Assembly (NCBI GenBank): GCA_963833985.1
Contig: CAWIAD010000001.1
Location: 640,001 to 704,000 of the forward strand
Source of the DNA: an uncultured Planctomycetaceae bacterium
Lineage (GTDB): Bacteria > Planctomycetota > Planctomycetia > Isosphaerales > Isosphaeraceae
Direction: 5' to 3'
Length of the DNA stretch: 64,000 nucleotides
Positions within the stretch are counted from its first letter, which is position 1. Each line of letters opens with the position of its first letter. Below are positions 11,732 through 22,811 of the stretch, piece by piece. The position numbers and the translations under genes are program-made. Below the pieces are notes generated by a model, which was not told where the DNA came from, searched no databases, and was given only the letters and a program-made list of their open reading frames with translations.

Positions 11732-12721
11732 ATGAGCGTCGATATCCAGAAGATCAAGGACCAGGTCCTCCAGTTCTCCGACCAGCTCGAGCGCGTCAAA
11801 ACAGAGGTCCGCAAGGTCCTGATCGGTCAGGACGTGATGCTGTCGCGGCTGCTCATTGCACTTTTGACGGGGGGCCACGTCCTACTCGAGGGGGTTCCCG
11901 GCCTGGCGAAGACCACGGCCATCAAGGCGCTTGCGGCCGCGATCCACTGCCGGTTCAACCGCATTCAGTTCACGCCCGACCTGCTGCCGGCCGACCTCAT
12001 TGGCACCCTTATCTACAACCCGCGCGAGGGCAATTTCAGCACGCGGAAAGGGCCGATCTTCGCCAACCTGATCCTCGCCGACGAGATCAACCGCGCGCCC
12101 TCCAAGGTCCAGTCAGCGCTCCTGGAAGCGATGCAGGAGCACCAGGTGACCATCGGCGACGAGTCGTACCGGCTCGATGAGCCATTCCTCGTCCTGGCGA
12201 CGCAGAACCCGATCGAGCAGGAGGGGACCTACCCGCTCCCCGAGGCGCAGGTGGACCGGTTCATGCTCAAGGTGGTGGTGGGCTATCCGACCCTGGCCGA
12301 GGAGCGCAAGGTGGTGGACGTGGCCCTTGACGGCCTCCGTCGTGAGGTTCAGCCGGTGCTCGACCCGGTTCAACTCGACCTCATGAAGCAGACGGCCAGC
12401 GCCATTTACCTTGACGACAAGGTGAAGGACTACGTGCTCGACCTGGTCTCGGCCACGCGTCATCCGGAGCAGTACAAGCTGGGCGACCTCAAGCCGCTGA
12501 TCGAGTACGGCGCATCGCCGCGCGCGTCGATCAGCCTTTGCCTGGCAGCCCGGGCGAACGCATTTCTGGTCGGCCGCGCGTACGTCACCCCGCAGGACGT
12601 CAAGGACGTGGCGAACGACGTGCTGCGGCACCGGGTCTTGCTCTCCTATGAGGCCGAGGCCGAGGAGACCACCTCCGACGACGTGATCCGCAAGGTGCTC
12701 GAGTCGGTCCCTGTCCCTTGA
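11732..12721 (+). CDS. moxR: MoxR family AAA+ ATPase
   Basis: HVLLEGVPGLAKT, RIQFTPDLLPAD, LADEINRA, ATQNPIEQEGTYPLPEAQVDRF, GASPRAS. Confidence 0.96.
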   Translation: MSVDIQKIKDQVLQFSDQLERVKTEVRKVLIGQDVMLSRLLIALLTGGHVLLEGVPGLAKTTAIKALAAAIHCRFNRIQFTPDLLPADLIGTLIYNPREGNFSTRKGPIFANLILADEINRAPSKVQSALLEAMQEHQVTIGDESYRLDEPFLVLATQNPIEQEGTYPLPEAQVDRFMLKVVVGYPTLAEERKVVDVALDGLRREVQPVLDPVQLDLMKQTASAIYLDDKVKDYVLDLVSATRHPEQYKLGDLKPLIEYGASPRASISLCLAARANAFLVGRAYVTPQDVKDVANDVLRHRVLLSYEAEAEETTSDDVIRKVLESVPVP

Positions 12722-12731
12722 GGCTCGTGTC

Positions 12732-13616
12732 ATGCCCGCTCGATCGCTCGAAGAGGTGCTCAAGGAAGTGCGGCGGATCCAGATCGTCGCCCGCCGGCAG
12801 GTGAACGACCTGCTGGCCGGAGAGTATCTCAGCGTCTTCAAGGGCCGGGGCATGGAGTTCGACGCCGTCCGCGAGTATGTCCCCGGCGACGAGATCCGCA
12901 CCATCGACTGGAACGTCACCGCACGCACCGGCGCACCGTTCGTGAAGACCTTCTGCGAGGAACGCGAGCTCACCGTCATCCTGGCCGTGGATATCTCGGC
13001 CTCTGGCTCCTTCGGCTCTTTCCGCCTGAGCAAGATGGACACGGCGGTGGAGGTTGCGGCGGTCCTCATGTTCACGGCGCTGCGGAACCACGACAAGGTA
13101 GGGTTGCTCTTCTTCACGGACGACGTGGTCAAGTACATCCCGCCACGCAAGGGGCGCGCCGGCGTGCTGCGGCTGATTCGCGAGCTGCTGGCCACCGAGC
13201 CGGTGAAGGCCCAGACCGATGTCTCGCGCGCGCTCGAGTTCCTGGGGCGCGTGCAGCGCAGGCGCTGCGTGGTGTTCCTGATGAGCGATTTCCTCGGCCC
13301 CGATTGCTCGCGAGCACTGGCGGTCGCCAGCCAGCGCCATGATTGCGTGGCCGTGACCATGGCCGACCCGCGTGAGCTGAGCGTTCCAGATGTGGGCTTC
13401 CTGACGCTGCGGGACGCCGAGACCGACGAGCTGCTGGAACTGGACACACGCCATCCGCGCGTGCGGGCGCTGTTCGAGCAGACGGCCCGGCAGCGCGAGG
13501 AGCGGCTGGCCGGATGGCTGCGCCGGGCGAACGTAGATCGCCTCGACATCCGCACCGACCAGCCCTACGCGCAGAGCCTGCAAAAGTTCTTTCGCATGCG
13601 GGAGCGGCAACGATGA
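12732..13616 (+). CDS. DUF58 domain protein
   Basis: GRGMEFDAVREYVPGDEIRTIDWNVTAR, EERE; follows moxR. Confidence 0.93.
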   Translation: MPARSLEEVLKEVRRIQIVARRQVNDLLAGEYLSVFKGRGMEFDAVREYVPGDEIRTIDWNVTARTGAPFVKTFCEERELTVILAVDISASGSFGSFRLSKMDTAVEVAAVLMFTALRNHDKVGLLFFTDDVVKYIPPRKGRAGVLRLIRELLATEPVKAQTDVSRALEFLGRVQRRRCVVFLMSDFLGPDCSRALAVASQRHDCVAVTMADPRELSVPDVGFLTLRDAETDELLELDTRHPRVRALFEQTARQREERLAGWLRRANVDRLDIRTDQPYAQSLQKFFRMRERQR

Positions 13617-14683
13617 TCGGCCGTCGCCTGAACCGCTCTGCGCCGCGTGAAAGCCTGCTCACGCCACGCTGGCAATACCACGTTCTGATCGTCGTGGGGA
13701 TGGCCTTCCTGTCCGGCTGCGGCAGGCCGCAAGGCAACCCGGAGTCGGCCGGTGCGGCGTCCCCGGATGCCATCGAGCGTACGGCGGAGAAGGGGCCGGT
13801 GAAGCTGAGCGTGACCGTGCGGCCCCGCGAGCCGCGGCTCTCGGACCTGGTGGAGATGGATGTGCGGGTGGAATACCAGCCCGGCGTGGAGGTCAAGCCG
13901 CCGGCATTCGGGCAGGCCGTCGGGGACTTCCTGATCCGCGACTACACCGAGCGTCCGGCCGGCAAGGGCGCGGAGAACGTCCGCTGGTTCCATTACCAGC
14001 TCGAACCGGCGCACGCGGGCAAGCACCTGATCCATGCCGTGTCGATCGAGTTCCTGGACCGTCGCGCGGCATCGGGCAAACCGGATGAGCCAGTCCTTGT
14101 CGAGACCGACCCGCTGGAAGTGAACGTGCACTCCGAGCTCGGAGGCCAGACACCGAGCCTGGCAAGGCTCGCGCCGATGGCGCCACCCGAGCCGGTGCGC
14201 CAGGGCTGGTCGACTGGCTGGCTTGCGGCGCTGGGACTGACGGTTGTCCTGGCGACGTGCGCGATCATCCTGCTACGCCGGCGAAGCCGGAAGATGATTG
14301 CGCCGTACCGTCCCAGTCCGGAAGAGATCGCCGGCGCCGCGCTCGCACAACTGCTGGCCGAGGATCTGCCCGGGCAAGGACTGATCAAGGAATTCTACCT
14401 CCGGCTCACCGGCATCGTCCGGCAGTATGTGGAAGACACGACCGGGATCCGGGCGCCCGAGCAGACGACCGAGGAATTCCTCCGGGACATGCGGCAGCGT
14501 GCCGTCTTTCCCGCCGATCGTTCGGAAAGGCTCGCGGAGTTCCTGGAGGCCGCGGACCTGGTCAAGTACGCAGGGCAGCAGCCGGGGGCGGACCAGATCG
14601 ATCAATCGATTGCCCGAGCGCGAGAATTCGTATCCATGAAGCCGGCGCAGCAGGCCGCCATGGCAGGTACCGCAGCGACTTGA
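13613..14683 (+). CDS. Bat-operon membrane/lipoprotein (hypothetical)
   Basis: ATGA overlap with DUF58 gene; lipobox-like FLSGC; one TM segment; APEQTTEEFL and ADLVKYA motifs typical of the gene between DUF58 and batA. Confidence 0.75.
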   Translation: MIGRRLNRSAPRESLLTPRWQYHVLIVVGMAFLSGCGRPQGNPESAGAASPDAIERTAEKGPVKLSVTVRPREPRLSDLVEMDVRVEYQPGVEVKPPAFGQAVGDFLIRDYTERPAGKGAENVRWFHYQLEPAHAGKHLIHAVSIEFLDRRAASGKPDEPVLVETDPLEVNVHSELGGQTPSLARLAPMAPPEPVRQGWSTGWLAALGLTVVLATCAIILLRRRSRKMIAPYRPSPEEIAGAALAQLLAEDLPGQGLIKEFYLRLTGIVRQYVEDTTGIRAPEQTTEEFLRDMRQRAVFPADRSERLAEFLEAADLVKYAGQQPGADQIDQSIARAREFVSMKPAQQAAMAGTAAT

Positions 14684-14702
14684 AACGGGCTGAGCTGTCA
14701 CC

Positions 14703-15779
14703 ATGGGCGTCTTTCGATTTCATTCTCCATTGTGGCTGACCCTGGTGCCTTTGCTGGCGGTCGCGCTCTATGTGGGGCTTCGGCTGCGCTCACGCCCGGC
14801 CGCCGTCTTCTCGAGCGTGGCCGACCTGAGAGGCCTTCCCGTCACGCTGGCGCAACGGCTGCGGCGGATCTTGCCGGTCCTCTTCGGACTCGGGCTCTGC
14901 CTGGTGGTCGCGGGCCTGGCGCGTCCGCAGGCGGGAAAAGCCGAATCCCGGATCAGCGGGCAAGGGATCGCCATCGAGATGGTGCTGGATATCTCAGGGT
15001 CCATGGAGGCGCTCGACTTTCAGCTTGGCGGACACGACGTGAGCCGGCTCGCGGCGGTCAAGCACGTGCTCAAGGAGTTCGTGCTCGGTTCCCGCGCCAG
15101 CGGCCTGTCGGGCCGGCCCGACGACCTCATCGGGCTTGTGGCCTTCGGGGGATTCGCCGACAGCAAGTGCCCGCTGACGCTCGACCATGGCGCCCTTGTC
15201 GACATCGTGCAGGGCCTGGAAATCCCCCGGCCCATCCGCGACAGCCGCGGCCAGGTGATCAATGCCAAAACCTTGCAGGAGGAGCTGGCAACTGCGATTG
15301 GCGACGGCGTGGCGGCGGGAATCGACCGCCTCCGCGGCGCCAGGGCGAAGAGCAAGGTGCTCATTCTGCTGACCGACGGTGATAGCAACGCCGGAGTGGT
15401 CGATCCCCGCGAGGCCGCGAAGATTGCCGCCGAGCTGGGCATCAAGCTCTACACGATCGGCATCGGCCATAACGGGACGGTCCCGTTCCCCCAGGAAGAC
15501 GAGTTCGGCAATCGCGTGCTCGTGCCGGCCCAGTTCCGGGTGGATGAAGACCTGCTCCGTGAGCTGGCCCAGACCGGCGGCGGGCGCTACTTTCATGCGT
15601 CGGGTTCCGAAGCCCTGGCCCAGGTTTACGCCGAGATCGACGGCCTGGAAAAATCGCAGCTCGAGGAGACCAGGTACGCGGAGTACAGCGAGCTGTTCCG
15701 CTGGTTCGCCGCACCCGGTCTGGCCCTCGTCCTGCTGGTGGGTATCCTGATGGAAACGCGGTTTCGCAGCCTGCCGTGA
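14703..15779 (+). CDS. batA: BatA-like von Willebrand factor A protein
   Basis: LARPQ, MIDAS DISGS, PLTLDH, TAIGDG, LLTDG, TGGRYF. Confidence 0.88.
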   Translation: MGVFRFHSPLWLTLVPLLAVALYVGLRLRSRPAAVFSSVADLRGLPVTLAQRLRRILPVLFGLGLCLVVAGLARPQAGKAESRISGQGIAIEMVLDISGSMEALDFQLGGHDVSRLAAVKHVLKEFVLGSRASGLSGRPDDLIGLVAFGGFADSKCPLTLDHGALVDIVQGLEIPRPIRDSRGQVINAKTLQEELATAIGDGVAAGIDRLRGARAKSKVLILLTDGDSNAGVVDPREAAKIAAELGIKLYTIGIGHNGTVPFPQEDEFGNRVLVPAQFRVDEDLLRELAQTGGGRYFHASGSEALAQVYAEIDGLEKSQLEETRYAEYSELFRWFAAPGLALVLLVGILMETRFRSLP

Positions 15780-15851
15780 GCGGATTCTCAGGGAACGCGG
15801 TGCGGGCTCCGTCCTACTTTTGCAAGCTTGCTTCAAGGAGATTGCCGGGAG

Positions 15852-18802
15852 ATGCAGTGGGAATATCCCGGATGGCTCTACCTGATCTTGCCGCTGGCCG
15901 CGGGCTGGCTGCCGCTCGCGCTCGACTCGCGAAGCAAGCGGCGCAGGGCGGCGGAAGCGTTCGTGGCCCGGGCGATGTGGCCGACCATCTTGCCGCGGGA
16001 GTCGCCGGGCCGATTCTGGGCGAAGCTGCTGCTGCGCGAAGCGGCCCTGGTGTGCGGCCTGATCGCGCTCGCCGGGCCGCGGTTCGGCACCCAGTACGAG
16101 GAAGTTGTCCCCAGGGGAAGCGACCTGTACGTGCTCATCGACGTCTCGCGCTCGATGCTCGCCGAGGATGTCCCGCCCAGCCGGCTGGCTCGTGCCAGGG
16201 CCGACGTCGCGGCACTCGTGAATCGGCTCGACGGCGAGCGCGTCGGTCTGATCGCGTTCGCCGGCCAGGCGGTGGTGAAATGCCCCCTCACCGTCGACTA
16301 CGACGCATTTCGCCGGGCGCTTGACGAGCTTGACCCCCACAGCGCCCGCGCGGGGGCACGGCCATCGGCGACGCCATCCGCAAGGCGCTCGAGGTCTTCC
16401 AGCCCGGAGCCGGACGCGACCAGGCGATCTTGCTGATCACCGACGGCGACGATCAGCAATCCTACCCGTTCGAGGCCGCGGCGGTTGCCGCCGAGCGGCA
16501 TGTCACCGTCTTCACGGTCGGCCTGGGCGACGCCGACCACGGCGCGCGGGTTCCGACCGAGGCGGAGTCGAAGTCCTACATCGAGTACAAGGGACAGCAG
16601 GTCTGGAGCAAGCTCGATCACTCGCTTCTCAAGGAGATCGCGCTGCGGACCTCCGGCGTCTATGTTCCGGTCGGCACCCGCGCTTATGACCTGGGCGAGC
16701 TCTATGCCAGCTACCTTCAGAACCGGCGGGGCAGCGGGGACCAGGGCCAGAAGCGCATCCGCCGCGCCGAGCAGTTCCAGGTCTTCCTGGCACTGGCGCT
16801 GCTGGTGCTGCTGGCCGATGCCGTGGTACGCCGCCACCCGCCGGCGCCCCGGCAGGCGGTCCAGGACTCCCGGACGGGTCACGGAAGCCGCACAGGCCGT
16901 AACGTTGCGCCTCGCCCTTCCGTTCCTTCGACCACGGTCGCCGGGCTGCTGTTCGTGGCAATGGCGGGCGCGGTGACCGCCCGGGCCGACAATCCCGCTG
17001 ACGCCGTTCGCGCCGGCATGCGGAGCTACGAGTCGGGTGAATTCGACAAGGCCAGGGAGAAATTCGCGGCTGCCGCCGAGCAGTACGGGACAGAAGACGC
17101 CGTCAGAGGGGCCATCGCGGTCTTCGATGAGGCCTGCGCGGCGCATCGGAAAGGCGACTCCGCCGGAGCGCGGGAGCTTTATCTCAAGGCGGGCCTGGCC
17201 CACGATCCGCGCCTCGCCGCATCAGCTCATTTCAATCTCGGCACGCTGGCGGCCGGGGAGGCGAACCAGCTTGCCGGGGAACATCCCGAGCAAGCCGCGC
17301 CGGAAAAGCGTCCCGAGATCCTTGGCAAGCTCAGGTCCGCGGTTGCCTCCTTCCGCCACTGTCTGGAGCTTGAGCCGGATCATGAACAGGCGCGGCGCGA
17401 CATCGAGCTGGTGCGGCAATGGATCAAGTACTACTCCGACCAGTGGCAGGCCCGCGATCGTCAGCAGCGCAGGCAGGAAACGAACCTTGTGGCCTTCCTG
17501 GAGTACCTGGTCAAGACGCAGACGTCGCTCAGGGACACGGTGCAGGCCCAGCCGGCAACCGCCTCGTCGAACGTCTTTGCCGAGCTGAAATCCCTCCAGG
17601 AGGATCTCGAGCAGGAGATTCCCCCATTGCGTGAGAAGATCAGGTCCGAACTCGCGCCGCCGCAGACGCCCGGAGCAGGGTCTCCCCAGCCGGTGCAGGC
17701 GGATCTCGAGCAGGGCATCGCACTCTTGCAAGGCTGGGCCGGCACGGCCGGTGAGAAGATGGCGTCGGCCGCACGCCGGCTCGAGCGGCGCGAAGCGGCT
17801 CCGGCGGCTGCCGAGCAGCAAGCCGCTATTGATGAGCTGCAAAAGATCTGGGAGGCCGTGATCCCGTTCCAGGCCCTGCTCGCGCGCGACCTCGCGGACC
17901 AGACGTCCGTCGTCCGGTCGCTTGCACCCGCACCGGCGGCCGATTCCGGCTCGGCAGCCGGCAAGGACTCCGGGAAGAGCGATGCCGCGCAGCAGAAGAC
18001 CGTACCCGCTCCAGGCCGCGGCGCCGCATCGCTTGGTTCCGAGGCGGAAGACCTGGCGCCGATCCTCACCCTCCAGGAGCAGACCCTGCGGCGCACCAGG
18101 CTGCTGGGGCTGAAGGCCGAGGGCGAACTGGCACGGCTGGAGCAGGCAAAGCCGGGCGCGACCCGGCCGGCTCAGCCCCAGCAGGGTGGCCCCGCAGTCA
18201 CGAAGAAGCCGGGAGATCCCGACGGCGGCAAGCCCCCAACCGTGGATCCCGAGGCGTTGAAGAAAGGCCTCCGGAAGGCTGTCGAGCTGGCGCCTCGGGC
18301 CGCGGGCAAGATGCTGGAAGCCGCCGGTGCGCTCAAGCAGAAGGCGGCACAGGCCGCCTACCCTCCGTCCGAGGAAGCCCGTAAGATTCTGGAGGAAATC
18401 CAGCGGGCCCAGCCCCAGCAAAAGCAGCCGCCGGAACAGCCCAAGCAGAACGACGACCAGAAGAAGCAGGAAGAGAAAGAGAAAGACCGGTCACAGGACA
18501 GGAAGAGCGAACAAGACCAGCAAAAGCAGGATCAGCAAAAAGAGCAGCCCGGGCCGGATCAAAAAAAGCAGGAGCAAGACCAGGGCAAGGGGAAGAAGCA
18601 GGATCAGGGCCAGGAGAAAGATCCGCAGAAGAGCCAGTCGAAGGATGCGGAGCAGAAACAGCAGGCTCCGCAAGGCATCGCGCGGGATCAGATCGAGCAG
18701 GCCCTGCGCAAGGTCCGTGAACGTCAGCAAGAGAAGCGCGAGCGCGATCGGCAGATGAGGGCCCGCGTCTTCGGCGAAGTTCCGGTGGAGAAAGACTGGT
18801 GA
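15852..18802 (+). CDS. batB: BatB/BatC-like VWA plus TPR fusion with Q/K-rich tail (frameshift near 16350)
   Basis: LAGPRFG, DVSRSM, PLTVDY, then LITDG, TPR-like AHFNLG, Q/K-rich tail ending VEKDW. Confidence 0.78.
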
Positions 18803-20730
18803 TGCGACGTCCGTCTTCCGCGTTCAGATGGCTCTGCGGCCTGGCACTCCTGCTTGGGCCTGCGGGGCCAGCGAGCGCCGATGATGAGCCGGAAATCGTG
18901 GCCGAGGCCGGCTCGAGCGAGGTCTATAGCGGCGAGAACATCGACTACGCCGTCGAGATTCGCAATGTGCAGGATCCCTCCCCGCCCGATCTCTCTGCGC
19001 TGCGGCAGGACTTCGATGTCGCGGCCGCGGGGGACGAGTCGCGCAATCAATCGTCCACGTTCATCATCAATGGTCGGGTGAGCCAGCAGAGCACGTTCGG
19101 TCATGTCTACCATTACCGATTGACGCCCAGGCGCAGTGGCAAGCTGACGATTCCGGCCCCGCGTGCCACGGTCGACGGCAAGACGGTCACCGGGAACGCC
19201 CTGGAGTTGAACGTGGTGGCTCCCGAACCGCAAGACCTGGTCGTCCCCGAGATCCGGCTTGATCGGCAGCGGCTCTACCCAACGCAGCCGCTGGAGGTGA
19301 CGCTCCGCGTGCTGGTCCGGCCGCTGCCGGACGAACCCGAGCGCGACCCGGTGCTCCCCCTCCGCAGGCGTCCTCCTCATCTGGAAGTCAACTGGGTCGA
19401 CCTGCCTCCGGGCCTCTCCGGAGTCGAAAAAACAAGCTGGTTGCGGCCACTGCTCTCGGACGACGGCGGCGGATTCACCCTCAACGACATCACGGCCCGC
19501 GGCTCCGCCTTCTCGTTCTTCGAAGGGCCAAAGCTGGCGGTCTTCAACCTGGCCCGAGGGCGCGAGCAAAGAAAAGGATTGGATGGGCAGTCGGTCAACT
19601 ACTTCGTCTACGAGCTGAAGCGAACCGTCACTGCCCGGAAGCCTGGAACCTATCGGTTTGGACCGGCCGTCGTCAAAGGCTCGTTCGTCCAGGGCCTGGA
19701 CGGGGGCAGCTACACAGGCCGGCGGCTGGTCGCGGTCGCCCCCGCAGCCGCGCTCGAGGTTCGCGACGTCCCGGAGCCCCGGCCGGCCACCTTTTGCGGA
19801 GGGATCGGCGACTACCGCGTCAGGGCCTCCGCCAGCCCCACCAGCCTGCGCGTGGGCGACCCGCTGACGCTCACCCTCATGATCGAGCGCAGGCCGGGGA
19901 GCGGCTCGGTTGATCTGATCTCGGCCCCGCAGCTCCAGGCCAACCCGCGGATCGCGGCCGATTTCGAGATCCTCGACCGGAACCCGACCGGCCACACGCA
20001 AGGTGATACCAAGCAGTTCGCTTACGCATTGCGGCCCCGGCGGCCCGGAGCGAGCGTCCCCGCCGTCTCCGTGACCGTGTTCGATCCGGACAAGGAAGTG
20101 TTCCGCGAGCTGGCCAGCGAACCGATCGAGCTGTCAGTGGAGGCAGCCAGCCCGCTCGGCGCCGGAGATCTCGTCGGCGCGCTTGGCGGATCGGGCTCCC
20201 CGGAAATCAAGTCGCGCGCGCAGGGCATCTTCCAGAACGTGACCGATCCCGCGGAGCTGGGGGACCAGCGCGTCAATCTACCGGCACTGGCCGCACTGAG
20301 CGTGCTCTGCTGGTGTGGCGCGGGCTGCCTGATCTTCCTGGTATCGACCCATCGCCGCAACTCGGCGGACGTCGCCTGGCAGCGCAAGCGGCAGGCGCGG
20401 GCCAGCGCGCTGAAGCGTCTGAACGAGGCACGCCGGGAACTGGCCGCGGGCCAGCCCACGTCCGCGCTGCGGTTGGTCCGATCGGCGCTCGCGGGGCTCG
20501 TGGCCGATCTGCGGAACCTGGTCGCCGAGGGACTGACGGCCTCGGAGATCGAGGCCATCCTGACGGCAAGCGAGGTGTCGCCGGACGAGCGGGCGGAGGT
20601 GGCGCGGCTGCTTGAATCGATCGAGTCGGCCGCGTACGGGCCGGGAATCGCCCTGGATGCAACAGCGATGGTAGCCCGGGCCGAGCGGCTCATCCCGAGC
20701 CTGGCCCGGCGCCTGGAACGAGGGTCGTGA
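18802..20730 (+). CDS. batD: BatD family protein
   Basis: Signal peptide, DFDV...SSTFIING, GKLTIP, FCGGIG, C-terminal TM; operon position. Confidence 0.82.
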   Translation: MRRPSSAFRWLCGLALLLGPAGPASADDEPEIVAEAGSSEVYSGENIDYAVEIRNVQDPSPPDLSALRQDFDVAAAGDESRNQSSTFIINGRVSQQSTFGHVYHYRLTPRRSGKLTIPAPRATVDGKTVTGNALELNVVAPEPQDLVVPEIRLDRQRLYPTQPLEVTLRVLVRPLPDEPERDPVLPLRRRPPHLEVNWVDLPPGLSGVEKTSWLRPLLSDDGGGFTLNDITARGSAFSFFEGPKLAVFNLARGREQRKGLDGQSVNYFVYELKRTVTARKPGTYRFGPAVVKGSFVQGLDGGSYTGRRLVAVAPAAALEVRDVPEPRPATFCGGIGDYRVRASASPTSLRVGDPLTLTLMIERRPGSGSVDLISAPQLQANPRIAADFEILDRNPTGHTQGDTKQFAYALRPRRPGASVPAVSVTVFDPDKEVFRELASEPIELSVEAASPLGAGDLVGALGGSGSPEIKSRAQGIFQNVTDPAELGDQRVNLPALAALSVLCWCGAGCLIFLVSTHRRNSADVAWQRKRQARASALKRLNEARRELAAGQPTSALRLVRSALAGLVADLRNLVAEGLTASEIEAILTASEVSPDERAEVARLLESIESAAYGPGIALDATAMVARAERLIPSLARRLERGS

Positions 20731-20733
20731 GCC

Positions 20734-21501
20734 ATGCGCAGAACGATGGGGGTCCTGCTGGCATGGCTTGCCCTCGTGCCCGGGCAGTCTGGCGCAGCCG
20801 AAGCGGCGGAGCGGCAGCGGACATTCATCCGCGCGCTGGAAGTCTTCGACGCGGCGAAAGGACCCGACGATTACAGGCAGGCTGCGGCATTGCTGGAAAG
20901 CTTGCTGGCGGACGGGTACCAGAATGGTGCCGTGTATTACAACCTGGGCAACGCCTATTTTCGGGCGGGAGATTTCGGCCAGGCGATTGCGGCGTACCGC
21001 AAGGCCAGGCCGCTTCGCCCGCGCGATCCGTATCTGGAAGCGAACCTGCGCCAGGCCCTGGCGTCGGCCCCCGGCCGCCTGCCCGAGCCGCCTGCTCCCT
21101 GGTGGCGTCACGTCTTCTTCTGGAGCGACTGGCTGTCGTTCCCCGAGAAGGCTTACGGAGCCTTCGCCGGTCTGCTGCTGGCCGCACTGGCGGCGTGCAC
21201 ATCGGTCCTCATGCGCCGGCCGCGGCTTTACGCGGTGGGCGCGGGGCTGCTTGTGCTGGCGATCGGCCTGGGACTGGATACGGGCCTCAGCTACAGCGCG
21301 ATCGCCGGGGCACGGCACGGCGTGGTGACGCGCGAGACGATCGCCCGCAAGGGAATTGGCAAGGATTACGAACCAGCCTTCGACCAGCCGCTCAAGCCGG
21401 GTGCCGAGTTCAGCATCCTGGCGCAGAACGGAGACTGGATCTTCGCCCACCTGGAGGGGGTCGGCGACGGCTGGCTACGGCGCGAGGACACCGTGCAATA
21501 A
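20734..21501 (+). CDS. batE: BatE-like TPR plus SH3 protein
   Basis: YYNLGNAYFRAGDFGQAIAAY TPR, two TM segments, C-terminal SH3-like GDW...GWL. Confidence 0.8.
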   Translation: MRRTMGVLLAWLALVPGQSGAAEAAERQRTFIRALEVFDAAKGPDDYRQAAALLESLLADGYQNGAVYYNLGNAYFRAGDFGQAIAAYRKARPLRPRDPYLEANLRQALASAPGRLPEPPAPWWRHVFFWSDWLSFPEKAYGAFAGLLLAALAACTSVLMRRPRLYAVGAGLLVLAIGLGLDTGLSYSAIAGARHGVVTRETIARKGIGKDYEPAFDQPLKPGAEFSILAQNGDWIFAHLEGVGDGWLRREDTVQ

Positions 21502-21543
21502 TCGCCCAGCAACGCAGGTGCAGACTCACTCGCAGGTGCCGGC

Positions 21544-22606
21544 TCACGGTGCAATGGTGAGTGGCAGCTCGGCCGATGCTGAATGGCCCGCAACCAGGTC
21601 GGTCACGATGAGCCGGAGGCGGTAATCACCCGGAGGGACGGAAGTGGGCAGGACGACCCGGTCATTGACGTAATTATCGCGGCGCCTGCTGAGGCAATCG
21701 TCTTCGGCCTCGCCCAGCGACTGCTCCCAGGCCCTGGCCCCGCCCTTTGCGGGGAGCAGTTCGATGCGCGATGACAGCCGCGACACGTAGCTGGCCTGCT
21801 TCGGCTGGAAGCGCAACCCGGACAGCTCACAGTAGACGAGGAAAGGCTGTCCCGCGCAGGACCGTTGACGGGAGCGGCTCGAAGGACCCGAATCCGGTGA
21901 CCTTGCCGCAGAGCCGGGGCTGTCCCAGAGCCAGGGGTGCCCGGTCGTCCGTGGCGAGCGGCCTGGAGGCAACCTCAGCAGGCCGCGTGGAGTCGCCCCT
22001 GGACTGCCGGATCGCGTCGGCCAGCCGGTCCACGGAACGCTCGAAGAGGGCGCGGTTCGCCGGCTTCGCTGCCTCGCTGGCGAGCCACTCCACCACCTGG
22101 GGACGAACCTGGAGCTGGATCGCTGGGGCTGGCGGAGCCGCGGCAGCACTCGCTACCGGGGCCGGCTTCGGCTGCCTGTCCTCCGCGTGGACTGCTTCCC
22201 GCGGAGGGGCTGCCGGGTTCGGCACAACGGGCCGGACGGCTGCCGCCCCGGACCGTGCGGCAAGGGAAATCCGGTCCTTTTCCTCCCCCCCTTGTGTCCT
22301 CTCGACGGCCTCCGCCCGCTTGAGCGCGGCGTCCAGCAAAGGAATGGGCGTCGCCGCCGGCCGCGTCTCCCCGGCCGCAGGCGCTACGGCCTCCTCTGCG
22401 AGTGCCCTGGAAGAGCTGGTCACGAGCGGCTTCTCAGGGACGGGGAGCAACTGGGGAATCTCGGTCCGGGCGACGGACGAGGACGGTTCGGCGGCGAGCC
22501 GCTCAGACTGCCCGACAAAAGGCGAGCGGCAGCCGGCGATCCCGACAATTACAGTGGCGCCGGCCAGCACCAGGACGGTGTGCCGCGGCTCGCGACCACA
22601 CGACAT
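21544..22606 (-). CDS. Hypothetical lipoprotein (frameshift near 21855)
   Basis: Lipobox IAGC; C-terminal beta domain (GQPFLVYCEL...RRRDNY...PGDYRLRLIVTD) in a second frame. Confidence 0.6.
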
Positions 22607-22811
22607 CGAGTAACCCTCGGAACCAGAGACCCAGGCTTTGCCACCTCGTGCCCCGGATCACACCGGAGCCTGACCGAAGACGGGAGTGATGTGCAGCATT
22701 TGTGTACTGCAACCCGGCGAATCCGGCAAGGTCAAACGGCCGATGGCTATGGCTTCCCGGCACCCGCGGGGCGGTTTCAATCATGACGCACCGGCTTTGC
22801 TCGCCATGGCG

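Noticed and set aside
18410..18670. A/G-rich quasi-repeat
   Set aside because: Encodes the usual Gln/Lys-rich linker of BatB/BatC-type proteins.
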